In this document: piece by piece, positions 45,431 through 64,000 of the stretch
Layout: every line of letters begins with the position of its first letter
Position numbering within the stretch: the stretch's first letter is position 1
The notes under the pieces: generated by a model
What the model was told of the DNA's origin: nothing
What the model saw: only the letters and a program-made list of their open reading frames with translations
The model's database searches: none
Program-made: the position numbers and the translations under genes
NCBI RefSeq assembly: GCF_009914755.1
Contig: NC_060938.1
DNA from: the human T2T-CHM13v2.0 reference genome, Homo sapiens
Direction: 5' to 3' (one strand)
DNA length: 64,000 bases

Positions 45431-47356
45431 TTATAAATAATTTATTATTTAGAATTTTCGTAACAAACACATACCTTAAAATTTACCATCGTAACCAGTT
45501 GTAGGTATACAGTTTTGTAGAGTTAAGAATATTTACGGTGCTGTGTAGCAGATTTCTAGATTTTTTTTTTATCTTGGAAAATTCTATACCCATTCAACAA
45601 CTATTAATTTCCCCCTCCTTCCACCTCCTGGCAAGTACTATTCTACTTTGTGTTTCTAAAAATTTGGCTTATATACCTAGGGTTATATAATATTTGTTGT
45701 TTTGTAAGTAGGTTCCATGTTATGTGTCAGATGTGTCACGATTTTCTTCCTTTCTATGGCTGAATAATATTTCTTCATATATATATTATATATATATTAC
45801 ATATATAATATATATATATATATCATGTATATATATATGCTTTTGTTTATCCACCTATTTCTGGACGGACGTTTTGGTTTCTTCCACCTTGTGGCTGTGT
45901 AATGCTGCTGTGAACTTAGGTGTGCACATATCTGTTTGAGGTCCTGCTACTAGTTATTCTGTCTCTGTAATAGTTGGATGGCTGGATCATATGGTCATTT
46001 TATTTTATTTTTTTTGAGGAGCCAGTTCATATTTCCACCAACAGTGTTCAAGGGTTACAGTTTCACCTGCGCTTGTTACTTTCTGTTGGGTTTGAAGTGA
46101 TGTCCCATTGTGGTTTCTTTTTGCATTTCTCTAATGACTAGTGATGTTACACATCTTCTCATATATCTCATGTATCTGTTGGCTATTTGTATATCATCTT
46201 TGCATCTTTGGATAAATGTTGTTTGTCCATTTTTTAATCATTTTATTTTGTTGTTGGGTTGTAGCGGGGTTTTTGTCATGATCATTCATTTATCTCACAG
46301 TTCATTCTCATTACTTGGGCCAGGGTCATGATGGTTCATTATCTCTCAGTTCATCCTCATTACGTTGGGCAAACAGTCATGCTGCAGGGTATAGATTATG
46401 TTATTCTGTTACTTTCAGGTAGAATTGGGGTCTAGGTTATAATTGTTTCTAAGTTTAGATTCTGAATGAGAATCAGCAGAGGTAGACCACCACTGCTGGG
46501 GCCTGGGGATTGCTGGGAAAAAGGCAGGAAACAAATACAGACCTGACCATGGAGGGTTTGTGTTTCATGGCTCCCATCTGGGTACCCAAGGAACCTACAC
46601 GTAGCTCGTGTGTGGAGAGCCTACATTGCCCACTCAAAGCAATTGAGGATGGAACAGTCTTGGGGCTGGAGCTCATTATTTGGAATGATAACCACATCTG
46701 CACAGAGAGGACCTGATAAGATGTTGTCCTTCCATGTATATCTGGGAATCCTGTGTAGGGTCTCTCTGTAAGGACAGGAGCAGTGTTGGCTCCTTGGCCT
46801 CTAGTTAGCCTCACGAGTAGTCTAGTAAAGGCTTTGCCAACTTGTCACCATCTGTGGATATTCTGGCCAGCTCTTGTTTTCACCCTACTGACTTCTTCAG
46901 ACACTAGGCTTTTGCTTCAGACCATTCATGGTTTTTCTTCCTCTTCAAATCAGTAATCAATAAATCCTCTTCAAATCAATAAATTTCCACTCCTTTAGGA
47001 AACTCTGATCTTCTGGTCATGCCAAGGTTTAATTAACTGGTTTAATTGTTTTTCTGTTTTCTTGGTTTCTTTTTCCTTCTTCCTGGGGGTTTCTAGTAAT
47101 TTTAGTTTGATGTCTCACTTTCTCCATTTTTTATTTCTTAGTTTTCTTCTGTGATTATTTTCACTGCAGCTGCAGGGCCTAATCCTGGGTTGGCAGATAA
47201 CTAGCACTTACTCTGCCCTAATTGGAATCCGGGAGAGATAGGAGGTGCTCTAGTGTGAAAATGTGTTTGCTCCTCTCTGCTTCTGGTAGTCTCTCTGTAG
47301 GAGTACTTTACGTATTCTGAATGTTCACTTCTTATGAGATACATGATGTGCAACTA

Positions 47357-47569
47357 TAGGTTGAATGTCTCTGATCCAAAAATCTGAAATCCCAAATGCT
47401 CCAAAGTCTGAAACTTTTTGAGTGCCAACATGACACTCAAAGGAAATGCTTATTGGAGCATCGCAGACTCAGGTGTTTGAATTCGAGATGCTCAACCAGT
47501 AAGAATAATGCAAATATTACAAAATCTGAAACACATCCCAAGCATTTCAAATAAGGGACACTCAACTGG
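47357..47569. mobile_element. Tigger4a/MER46-type MITE
   Basis: Imperfect TIRs (T)AGGTTGAATGTCTCTGAT ... ATAAGGGACACTCAACTGG with TA on both sides. Confidence 0.8.
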
Positions 47570-48368
47570 TATTTTCTTTTATTCTACAGTTTGCCTTTTA
47601 CCCTGTTGGTTGTGACCTTTGTGGTACAGAAGTTTTTAGGTTTGATATATTTTTGCTTTTACTGCCTGAGCTTTTAATGTCATATCCTAAAAATTATTGA
47701 CAAATTCATCATCATAAAGCATTTTCCAAATTTGTTTTCCCTAGGAGTTTGATAGTTCTAGTTTTACTTTTGGGTTTATAATTCACTTTGAATTAATTTT
47801 AACGTGGTGTAAGGTAAGAGTCCAACTTCATTATTTTGCATGTAGATATACAATTTTCCCAACACCATTTGTTGAAGAAACTGTCCTTCGCCATTGAGTG
47901 GTCTTGGCATCCTTGTGGAAGATCATCAGACCATATATGCCAGGGTTGGTTTCTGAGGTCTCTGTTGTGTTGGTCCATAAGTGTGTCAAGTATGTCTTTA
48001 CGCCATGACCACTTTTTTTTTGGCTTATTGCAGTTTTGTAATTGTTTTGAGACCTTTAATTTTGTTCTGCTTCAAGATTGATTTGCCTATTCATGGGCCC
48101 TGGAGATTCCATATGAATTTTAGGATAGGTTTTTCTGTTTATCAAAAATGTCATTGGAATCTTTATAAGGATTGTATTGAACCTAGGTCACTTCGAGTAG
48201 TGTTGACATCATTCCAAGATGAAATCATCTAATCTGCAAACCCACCTTTTCTTTTCATTTATTTGTGTTTAATTTCTTTCAACAGTGTTTTATAGTTTTC
48301 TGTGTTCAAATCTTTTGCCCTTTTGGTTAAGCTTATTTTTAATTTTTATAATGCTGTTGTAAATGTAA

Positions 48369-49053
<685 letters not shown>

Positions 49054-50080
49054 TCTCTTTTTAAAATTTTATTTGCAGATTGTTCATTGTTAGTTTATGG
49101 AAATGCAACTGACTTGTGTGTGTTACTGTATCCTGAAACTTTGTTGAATTTCATTATTTTACCAATATTTTGGGAATTTCAGGATTTTTACCCATTACAT
49201 CCTGTTGTCTGTGAACAAAATTTTGTACTTTTTCTTTTCCAATTTGCATCCTTTTTATTACTTTCTCTTGACTCATTATTCTGAGTAGAAATTCCAGTAC
49301 TGTGATGAATAGACGTGGCAGGAAGAGATGTTGCTATCTTATTCCTGATCCTAGAGGAAAAGATTTTAGTCTTTCACCATTGAGTATGATGTTAGCTGTG
49401 AGCTTTTCATGTATAATCTTTATTTACTGAGGAGTTTCCATATATTACTAATTCTTTGAGTGTTTTTATTACAAAAGGTGTTCATCTGGCTCTGGAACCA
49501 GATAAATGTTGACCTGATAGAATGGATTGGAATGTTCCCTTCTGGTTTTTGAACATTTTTGGAATATTTTGCAGAGGATTGGCATTAATTCTTCTTGAAA
49601 TGTTTGGTAAAATTTTCCAGTGAAGTTATCTGGACCTGGAATTTTCTTTTTGGTGGGGTTTTTGATTACTGGTTGAATCTTCTTACTAGTTACAAGTCTC
49701 TTTGGATTTTTTATTTCTCCGTGATGCAGTATGGTGGTTTGTGTTTCTAGGAATTTATAAATTTATTCTAGGTTGCCCAGTTTTGTGGCATATGGTTGCT
49801 CACATTAGTCTCTTGTAATCTTTTTCATTTCTGTGGCATCTGTTGTACTGTCACCTATTTTATTCATGATTTTAGTATTTGAGATTTCTCTTTTTTCTTA
49901 ATATAGCTGTGAGTTTTAAAATTTTTATTGATCTTTAAAAAAACAAACTCATTGTTTTTTTTCCTTTTTTTTCTGGTCTTATTCTGCTTATCTCTGCTCT
50001 AATCTGTTATTTTCTTCCTTTTGCTTGGTTTGTCATTAGTTTTTTTTTCCCCCCTTCAGGTGTAATGTTAGGTTATTGAT

Positions 50081-50260
50081 TTGAGATCTTTCTTCTTTTT
50101 AATTTAAGCACCTGCAGCTATAAGCTTCCCTTTAGCAAGGGTTTGAGATATTTCTTCTTTTTAATTTAAGCATCTGCAGCTGTAAGCTTCCCTTTAGCAT
50201 GGGTTTGAGATCTTTCTTCTTTTTAATTTAAGCATCTGCAGCTGTAAGCTTCCCTTTAGC
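50081..50260. repeat. About 62-bp tandem triplication of L1 sequence
   Basis: TTGAGATCTTTCTTCTTTTTAATTTAAGCA.CTGCAGCT.TAAGCTTCCCTTTAGCA x3. Confidence 0.95.
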
Positions 50261-50448
50261 ACTGCCTTTGTTGCCTCCTCCTGAGTTTGGGTATGTCATG
50301 GTTTCGTTTTCATTTGCTTAAACATTTTTTGTCCTATTGTAATATAATTGTGTTGTTTTTAATAAAGGTAATTAATGAAACACATAATGAATTGTGCTTC
50401 TGTTTTAATAATATTTTAAGCATTCTTAACTCAGAAATGTAAATTTTA

Positions 50449-52309
<1,861 letters not shown>

Positions 52310-52374
52310 ATGAGATGACCATTTCACCTAAGATATACCCTCTTAAGTATTTTTTTAAGTGTACAATACAGGAC

Positions 52375-55616
<3,242 letters not shown>

Positions 55617-57531
55617 TGTTTTGATAGACTCTGACAATCTCTATCTTTGAATTGGTACATTCATACCATTAGCATTCAAAGTGATTATTGATATCATTGG
55701 ATTAATATCTACTATATTTGTTACTGTTTTCTATTCATTCTCCTCAGTCTCCATTCTTTTGTCTACCACTCTTTTTCTGCCTTTTGCAGTTTTCATTGAT
55801 GATTTTAGATGACTACATTTTCCCTGTCTTTCTTAGCATGTCCTTCTCTTTTTAAAACTTTTTTTTAAGTAGTTGCCACAGAATTTGCAATATACATTTA
55901 CAACCAATTCAAGTCCACTTTCAAATAACACTATCCCACTATCCCACGAATAAGACTACCTGCTTAACAAAACACCTAATTCCTCAGTAACATTTACAAC
56001 AAATTCAAGTCCACTTTCAAATAACACTATCCCACTATCCCACAAATAAGACTACCTGCTTAACAAAGAACACACCTAATTCCTCAATATACATTTACAA
56101 CCAATTCAAGTCCACTTTCAGATAACACTATCCCACTTCATGGGTGACTACCTGCTTAACAAAGAAAACACCTGATTCCTCCCTCCCATCCTTCCATTCC
56201 ATTCCTTGTATTATTGTTCCTTATTTCACTTGTGTATAAGCACACATAATCTATCTGTGTGTATTTATTATTATCTACAAACTTATTGGTCAGATCAATT
56301 ATGAATAAATACATGTTTTTATTGTACCACAATTCCTCCCTCCCATCCTTCCATTCCATTCCTTGTATTAGTGTCACTCATTTCAATTGTGTATAAGCAT
56401 ACATAATCTATCTGTGTGTATTTGTTATTGTCTATGAACTTCTTGGTCAGATCAATTAAGAATAAATACATAGGTTTTTATTGTACCACAATTCTTTAAT
56501 GCTCTTTTTAAAAAAATGTTGATCCAGGTTTCAGTTATATATCTTTTGTTTCCCTCTAAAGAATTTCATTTAACATTTCTTGCAAGACAGGTCTCCTGGC
56601 AACAAGTTTCTTGAATTTGTATTTTTCTGAGGAAGGCCTTAATTCTCCTTCACTTTTGAAGGGTGGTTTCAGTGGGTACAGAAACTTAGGTTGGTGGGTT
56701 TTTTTCTGTCAACATTTTGAATTTTTCATTTCACTGTCTTCTTGCTTTCACAGTTTCTGCAATGTTGAATGCAGTTCTTATCTTTGTGTCTCTGTAGGTA
56801 AGGTGTTTTCTGCCCCACCTCTGGTTTCTTTCAGAGTTTTCCTTTATCTTTTATTTCATATAGTTTGAAAATTATATGTCCAAGTGTAGGTTGTTGGCAT
56901 TTATTCTGCCTGGTGGTCTCTGAGCTTCCTGGATCTTTGGTTTGGTGTCTGACATTAATACTGGAAGTTCTCAGACATGGTTGTTGCAGAACTTTCTTCT
57001 ATTTTTTCTCCTCCTGGTATTCTCATTACTCTGTTGCACCTTTTGTAGTTGTCCCACAGTCTTGGATATCATCTTCTGTTCTTTTCAGTGTTTCTTTTCT
57101 TTAGTTTTTGAAGTTTCTGATGATAAATCCTCAAGCTCAGAGATTCTTTACTCAGCTGAGTCCAGTCTACTAATAAGCCATCAGAGGTATTCTTCAGTTA
57201 TTTACCACATTTTTTACCACTACATTATGTTGAAGGTTCTTACGATGTCTGTCTTTCTGATTACATTACCCATCTACACTTGAATGCTGTCTACTTCATT
57301 CATTAGACCCTTAGCATATTCTCCAGAGGTTTAAAAAAAATTCCAAAATCATATCTTTGTCTGCTTCTGAAGCTTGCTCTGTTGACACAAATTGTATTTT
57401 TTTCTTTTTTTGTATTTTAGTATGCCTTGCAATTTTTTCCCTTTATTCTCATGCATGAAGCACTCACTAAAGGTGACTGCTGTTAGTATAGCTTTAGTAA
57501 TGCGGTGATGAGGTGACAGGGCAGGTGATGC
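55617..57531 (-). mobile_element. Old L1M (L1MC/M4-like) ORF1 and 5' region, antisense
   Basis: CATTTAACATTTCTTGCAAGACAGGTCT..GGCAACAA; CTTTAGTAATG.GGTG.TGAGGTG. Confidence 0.7.
55890..56495. repeat. Adjacent local tandem duplications: about 100 bp x3 (55890-56180) and about 157 bp x2 (56176-56495)
   Basis: ACATTTACAACCAATTCAAGTCCACTTTCAAATAACACTATCCCACT x3; ATTCCTCCCTCCCATCCTTCCATTCCATTCCTTGTATTA...TTTTTATTGTACCACA x2. Confidence 0.95.
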
Positions 57532-57668
57532 TCTCTTAATCTCTTTAGGCTACTATAACAAAATACTTTAGACTGAGTAATTCATAAACAACAGAGATTA
57601 TTGCTCACAGATCTGGAGGCTGGAAAGTCCAAGACTAAAGGGGCAGAATATTTAGTGTTTGGTGAAGG
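57532..57668 (-). mobile_element. MaLR LTR (MLT1A/MSTD-like) 3' part, running directly into the satellite
   Basis: GGCTACTATAACAAAATAC..AGACTG.GTAATT.ATAAACAACAGA.ATT.TTGCTCACAG.TCTGGAGGCTGG.AAGTCCAAGA. Confidence 0.9.
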
Positions 57669-60600
57669 TCAAACATTCAGACACTCGCAACGACTATAGT
57701 GACAGCAGCAGTCTTCAGGAATCCTATGTGAGGGAAAAACATTCAGACCACAACAGGAGTGCTCGGGAATCCTATGTGAGGGACAAACATTCAGACCCCA
57801 GCAGTAGTGTTGTGGAATCCTATGTGAGGGGAAAACTTTCAAACCCTTGTAGCAGTGTTCTGCAATCTTATGTGAGGGGCAAAAATTCAGAACCTTGTAG
57901 CAGTGTTCTGGAATCCTATATGAGGAACAATCAGACCACAGCAGGAATGTTCTGGAATCCTATGTGAGGGGCAAACATTCAGACCACAGCAGGAGTGTTC
58001 TGGAATCCTATGTGAGGGAAAAACATTCAGACCACAGCAGGAGTGCTCTGTAATCCTATGTGAGGGACAAACATTTCAAAACCTTGTAGCAGTGTGCTGG
58101 GATGTTATGTCAGGGACAGACATTTAGACCCTCGCAGCAGTGTTCTAGAATCCCATCTGCGGGACAAACATTCAGACACTCGCAGCAGTGTTCTGGAATT
58201 CTATGTGAGGGACAGACATTCAAACCCCAACAGCAGTGTTCTAGAATCCTATGTGAGGGACAGACGTTCAGACCCCAGCAGCAGTGTTCTGGAATCCTAT
58301 GTGAGGTACAAACATTCAGACACCAGCAGAAGTGTTCTGGAATCCTATGTGAGGGACAAACATTCAGACCCTCGTAGCACTGTTCAGGAATCCTATGTGA
58401 GGGACAAACATTCAGACCCTCCTAGCAGTGTTCTGGAATCTTATGTGAGGGACAAACATTCAAACCACAGCAGCAGTGTTCTGGAATCCTACGTGAAGGA
58501 CAAACTTTCAGACCACAGCAGGAGAGTTCTGGAATCCTATGTGAGGGACAAACTTTCAGACCAAAGCAGGAGTGTTCTTAAATCCTATATGAAGGACAAA
58601 CATTCAGACCCCAGGAACACTGTTCTGAAATCCTATAAGGGCAAACATTCAGACCCCAACATGAATGTTCTGGAATCCTATGTGAGGGACAAGCATTAAG
58701 ACCATAGCAGGAGTATTCTGGAATCCTATGTGAGGGACAAACATTCAGACCCTTGTAGAAGTGTTCTGGAATCCTATGTGATTAAAAAAACATTGAGACC
58801 ACAGCAGGAGTGCTCTGGAATCCTATGTGAGGGACAAACATTCAGACCCCAGAAGGAGTGTTCTGGAATCCTATGTAAAGGACAAACATTCAGACCCTCG
58901 TAGCAGTGTTCTGGAATCCTATGTGAGGGAAAAACATTCAGAACCTCGTAGCAGTGTTCTGGAATCGTATGTGAGGGACAAACATTCAGACCCTCCCAGC
59001 AGTCTTCTGGAATTCTATGTGAGGGACAGACATTCAAACCCCAGCAGCAGGGTTCTGGAATCCGATGTGAGGGACAGACATTCAGACCCCAGCAGCAGTC
59101 TTCTGGAATCCTATGTGAGGGACAAACTTTCAAACACTCATAGCAGTGTTCTGGAATCCTATGTGAGGTACAAACATTCAGACCCTCATAGCAGTGTTCT
59201 GGAATCCTATGTGAGGTACAAACATTCAGACCCTCATAGCAGTTTTCTGGAATACTATGTGAGGGACAACCATTCAGACCATGGCAGTTCTGAAATGCTA
59301 TGTGAAGGACAAACATTCACACCCTCGTAGCAGTGTTCTGGAATCCTATGTGAAGGACAGACATTTAGACCCTCGAAGCAGTGTTCTGCAGTCTTAAGTG
59401 AGGAACAAAAATTCAGACCCTCGTAACAGTGTTCTGGAATCCTTTTTTGAGGGACAGACATTGAGACCCCAGCAGCAGTGGTCTGGAATACCATGTGAGG
59501 GACAAACATTCACACCCCAGCAACACTGTTCTGTAATCGTATGTGAGGGACAAGCATTCAGACCCCAGCAGCAGTGTTCTGGAATCTTATGTGAGGGACA
59601 AACATTGAGACCCTCGTAGCAGTGTTCTGGAATCCTACGTGAGACACAAACATTCGTACCACAGCAGAAGTGTTCCGGAATCTTATGTGAGGGACAACCA
59701 TTCAGATCACAGCAGGAGTGTTCTGGAATCCTTTGTGAGGGACAACCATTCAGACCACAGCAGGAGTGTTCTGGAATCCTATGTGAGGGACAAATATTCA
59801 GACCTCAGCAGGAGGGTTCTGGAATCCTGTGTGAGGGACCAACATTCAGACCCTCGTAGCAGTGTTCTGGAATGCTATGTGAAAGACAACCATTCAGACT
59901 CTCATAGCAATGTTCTGGAATCCTATGTCAGGGACATTCAGACCCCAGCCGCAGTGTTCTGGAATCCTATGTGACAGACAAACATTCAGACCACAGCAGG
60001 ATCGTTCTGGAATCCTATGTGACAGAAAAACGTTCAGACCATAGCAGTAGTGTTCTGCAATCCAATGTGAGGGACAAACATTCAGAGCCCAGCAGCAGTG
60101 TTCAGGAATCCTATGTGAGGGACCAACAATCAGACCCTCGTAGCAGAGTTCTGAAATCCTATGTGAGGGACAAACATTCAGAACCCAGCTGCAGTGTTCT
60201 GGAATCCTATGTGACAGAAAAACATTCCGACCACAGCAGCAGTGTTCTGGAATCCTATGTACGGTACAAACTTTCAGACCACAGCAGGAGAGTTCTGGAA
60301 TCCTATGTGAGGGACAAACTTTCAGACCCCAGGAGCAGTGTTCTGAAATCCTATGTTAAGGGCAAGCATTTACATCCCAGTGTGAATGTTCTCGAATCCT
60401 AGGTAAGGGACAAACATTCAGACCACAGCAGGAGTGTTCTCGAATCCTATGTGAGGAACAAACATTCAGACCACAGAAGGAGTGTTCTGGAATACAATGT
60501 GAGGGACATTCAGACCCTCTTAGCAGTGTTCTGGAGTCCTATGTGGTGAGCAAACTTTCAGACCACAGCAGGAATGTTCTGGAATCCTATGTGAGGGTCA

Positions 60601-62317
60601 AACATTCCGACCACAGCAGGAGTGTTCTGGAATCCTATGTGAGGGCAAACATTCAGACCCACGTGGCAGTGTTCTGGAATCCTATGTGAGGGACAAATAT
60701 TCAGACCACAGCAGGAGTGCTCTGGAATCCTATGTGAGGGACAAACATTCAGAACCTCGTAGCAGTGTCCTGAAATCTTATGTGAGGGAGAGACATTTAG
60801 ACCCTCGCAGCAGTGTTCTGGTATCCCATGTGAGGGACAAACATTCAGACCCTCCCAGCCATATTCTGGAATTCTATGTGAGGGAAAGACGTTCAAACCC
60901 CAGCAGCAGTGTTCTGGAATCTGATTTGAGGGGCAGACATTCAGACCCCAGCAGCAGTGTTCTGGAATGCTATGTGAAGGACAAACATTCAGACCACGGG
61001 AGCAGTGTTCTAGAATCCTACGTGAAGGACAAACATTAAGACTCTCATAGCAGTGTCCTGGAATCATATGTGAGGAACAACCATTCAGACACCAGCAGAA
61101 GTGTTCTGGAATCCTAGGTGTGGGAAAAACATTCAGAACCTAGTAGCAGTGTTCTGGAATCCTATGTGAGGGACATACATTCAGACCACGGCAGCAGTGT
61201 TCTGGAATGGTATGTGAAGGACAAACATTCAGACCCTTGTAGCAGTGTTCCGGAATTCTATGTGAGGGACAAACATTCAGACTACAGCAGCAGTGTTCTG
61301 GAATCCTATATGACGGACCAACGTTCAGACACTTGCAACAGTGTTCTGGAATACTAGGTGAGGGAGAAATATTCACACCCTTGTAGCAGTGTTCTGGAAT
61401 TCTATGTGACTGACAAACATTCAGACTCCAGCAGCAGTGTTCTGTAATCCTATGTGAGTGACAAACATTCAGACCCCAAGAGCAGTGTTCTGAAATCCTA
61501 TGTTAAGGGAAACATTGAGACCCCAGCATGAATGTTCTGGAATCCTATGTGAGGGACAAACATTCAGACCACGGCAGGAGTATTCTGGAATCCTATGTGA
61601 GGGACAAACATTCAGACTACGGCAGGAGTATTCTGGAATCCTATGTGAGGGACAAACATTCAGACCACGGCAGGAGTATTCTGGAATCCTATGTGAGGAA
61701 CAAACATTTAGACCACAGCAGGAGTGTTCTGGAATCCTATATGAGGGATAAGCATTCAGACCCTCGTAGCAGTGTTCTGGAATCCTATGTGAGGGAGAAG
61801 CATTCAGAGCACAGCAGGAGTGCTCTGAAATCCTATGTTAGGGACAAACATTCAGAACCTCGTAACATTGTTCGGGAAACCTATGTGAGGGACAGACATT
61901 TAGACCCTCGCAGCAGTGTTCTGGAATCCCATGTGAGGGTCAAACATTCAGATCCTCACAGCAGTGTTCTGGAATTCTATGTGAGTGACAAACTTCCAGA
62001 CTCCAGCAGCAGTGTTCTGTATTCCTATGTGAAGGACAAACATTCAGAATCCAGGAGCAGTGTTTTGAAATCATATGTTAAGGGCAAACATACCCTAGCA
62101 TCACTGTTCTAGAATCATATGTGAGGGACAGACATTCAGACCCTCACAGCAGTGTTCTGGAATCCTAGATGGGGGACAAACATTCAGACCCCAGCAGCAG
62201 GCTTCTGGAATCCTATGTGGGGGACAAACATTCAGACAATGGCAGCAGTGTTCTGGAATCCTACGTGAGGGACAAACACTCAGAGCCTTGTAGCAGTGTT
62301 CTGGAATCCTATGTGAG
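57662..62317. repeat. CER 48-bp satellite array, about 97 units
   Basis: Unit GTGAGGGACAAACATTCAGACCACAGCAGGAGTGTTCTGGAATCCTAT with a CCCTCGTAGCAG variant; matches the 48-bp CER (D22Z3) family as I recall it. Confidence 0.93.
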
Positions 62318-62659
62318 TGAGAGTGCCTGGAGCCTACCCAACCTGACGCCCCCAAAGCCCTCACAGGGTCTGACCTCCCAGCATGCACCTGCCTCTCCCT
62401 GAACCCCAACTGCCCACCCTGCCTGTTCCCTGGCCTCCTTCATCCTGTGCAGCCCATAGACTGTGACCATCTCTGCAGCCACTCTGGCTCTTCCTTTACC
62501 TTTGTCCTTTCAGAATCTCTGAGCAGGATCTCCCAGGTCCATCCAAACACGTGCTTTGTCCACTTTTGACTAGGCCCTTGGGCATCACTGGGCTATCCCA
62601 GCTGTCCACAGGGCCTTCAATAATGCACATTGCACCTGGCTTATCCAAGCAGTGCTCAG

Positions 62660-63550
62660 CAGCCCACATTGACCAGGTCCCTGCTGACCAGACCCCACAC
62701 ATCAGGTCCTCCCTGATGACACCCTCACTGATTAGACCCTCATGACCAGGCCCCACTAACAAGGCCCCCACTGCCGGGCACACAATGACAAGGACTCCAC
62801 CGACCAGGACCTTACTGACAAGGCCTCACGGACCAAGTCCTTACTGACAAGTCCTCACTGAGTAGGTCATTATTGACAAGGCCTCACTGATCAGGTTCCA
62901 CTGATCATGACCTCATTCCCTGGCCCCAAAGATGAGGCCCCACTGACCAGGCCTCCAGGGAACAGGTTGCCACTGATCAGGCCCCTAATAACCAGGCCTA
63001 AGGTCACCAGATGCCCCTGACTGGGACCCTAGTGAGTAGACCCCACTGAACTGGCACCAAATGCTGAGATCCCCGCTGACCAGGTCACCCTGTAGACCGG
63101 TGCTACAAAAGTCACCACTGACCAAGTCCTCTCTGACTAGGACACTACAGATTAGGTCCCACTGACAAGGCTGCCCTGACCAGGGCCCCACTGACAAGGG
63201 CCTCACTGATGAGGACACGCCCACCAGGGTCTGCTGACTAGGTTCCATGTGCCCAGTCCTCCACTGAATAGCACCCCTTGACCTGGTCACCAGTGCCCCA
63301 GCCCATGCTGACCAGGCCAGCACTAAGCCCCAGCTGACCAGGTCTCCACTGATCAAGCCCCACAGCCCAGGTTTGCACTGACCAGACACCAAACAACTGG
63401 CAGCCAATAGGTCCCCACTCACCAAAACCCCCACTACTAGACCCCACTAATGAGACCCTCTCTAAGCAGACCTCTGCTGACCACGATCCCACTAAATAGT
63501 CCTCACTGACCTAGGTCCACTGACCAGGCCCACACTGATCAGGCCCCTCC
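62660..63550. repeat. Degenerate 14-15 bp tandem repeat (GNCCYCACTGACCAG)
   Basis: Continuous run of CCCCACTGACCAGG-like units. Confidence 0.85.
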
Positions 63551-63569
63551 TAACCACGCCGGAAATCCA

Positions 63570-64000
63570 AGCGGCAATGACATGTTTCATATGGCAGAAG
63601 TTGGAACAAGACAGAGAGAGGAAAGAGGTTCCACAGCCTTTTAAACTACTAGATCTCATGAGAACTCACTCACTATCAGGAGGATGGCATTAAGGGCTTG
63701 GTGCTTTGCCATTTGTGAAGGATCCACTCCCACCCCTTTATGATTAAAACTTTTTCCACCTAGGCCCCGACTCTAACATTAGGGAGTGTACTTTCACATG
63801 AGTTTTGGAAGGGGCATAGAGAAAAACCGTATTATTCTGTCCCTGACCCCACAAATCTCATGTCCTTCTCACATTGCAAGATACAGTCATGCCTTGCCAG
63901 CAGTCTCCCAAAGTCTTAACTCATTTCAGCATTAACTCAAAGTTACAAAGTCCAAAGTCTCATCTGGGTCAAGGCTACATTCTCTTTTGCCTACGAGTCT
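63570..64000 (-). mobile_element. MST-type MaLR LTR (to ~63833) plus internal sequence
   Basis: AGATCTCATGAGAACTCACTCACTATCA; LTR/internal junction then CAAAGTCTTAACTCATTTCAGCATTAACTCAAA. Confidence 0.88.

Noticed and set aside
57662-62317. CRISPR-like appearance (conserved part plus variable part)
   Set aside because: The variable part is a few related variants rather than unique spacers; eukaryotic satellite with no cas genes
57659-62409. Long ORFs (up to 201 aa) with 16-aa repeats such as SVLESYVRDKHSDPRS, and Cys/His-rich antisense ORFs
   Set aside because: A by-product of a 48-bp (16-codon) satellite unit; frames break at random and are not zinc fingers

Overview
This is primate (human-like) non-coding, repeat-dense DNA typical of pericentromeric or acrocentric segmental duplications. 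I find no intact protein-coding gene; the long ORFs come from L1, ERV, Tigger, Alu or satellite sequence. From left to right: an old antisense L1 interrupted by a HERV-K14/HML-1 provirus, itself interrupted by a deleted HERV-K9/HML-3 provirus (2.3-8.2 kb); a MER4-group ERV1 internal region with an env TM remnant, carrying a near full-length L1PA7/8-like element whose 5'UTR looks spliced (8.9-21.8 kb); MER52 and old L1 pieces; a CpG-island promoter with two clean non-coding exons (28.8-31.2 kb); a complete antisense MER51-type provirus (32.8-40.4 kb); MLT, L1M, Tigger4 and Tigger1 relics with about 30 Alus; a 4.65 kb 48-bp CER satellite; a degenerate 14-15 bp repeat; and an MST element. The most striking observation is that the CER unit looks like a MaLR LTR terminus fused to L1 flank, and the array starts exactly where a MaLR LTR fragment sits in an old L1, so this may preserve the satellite's birth junction. 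Repeat family names come from my recollection of consensus sequences, not from a search, and boundaries are approximate unless a TSD or terminus is quoted.
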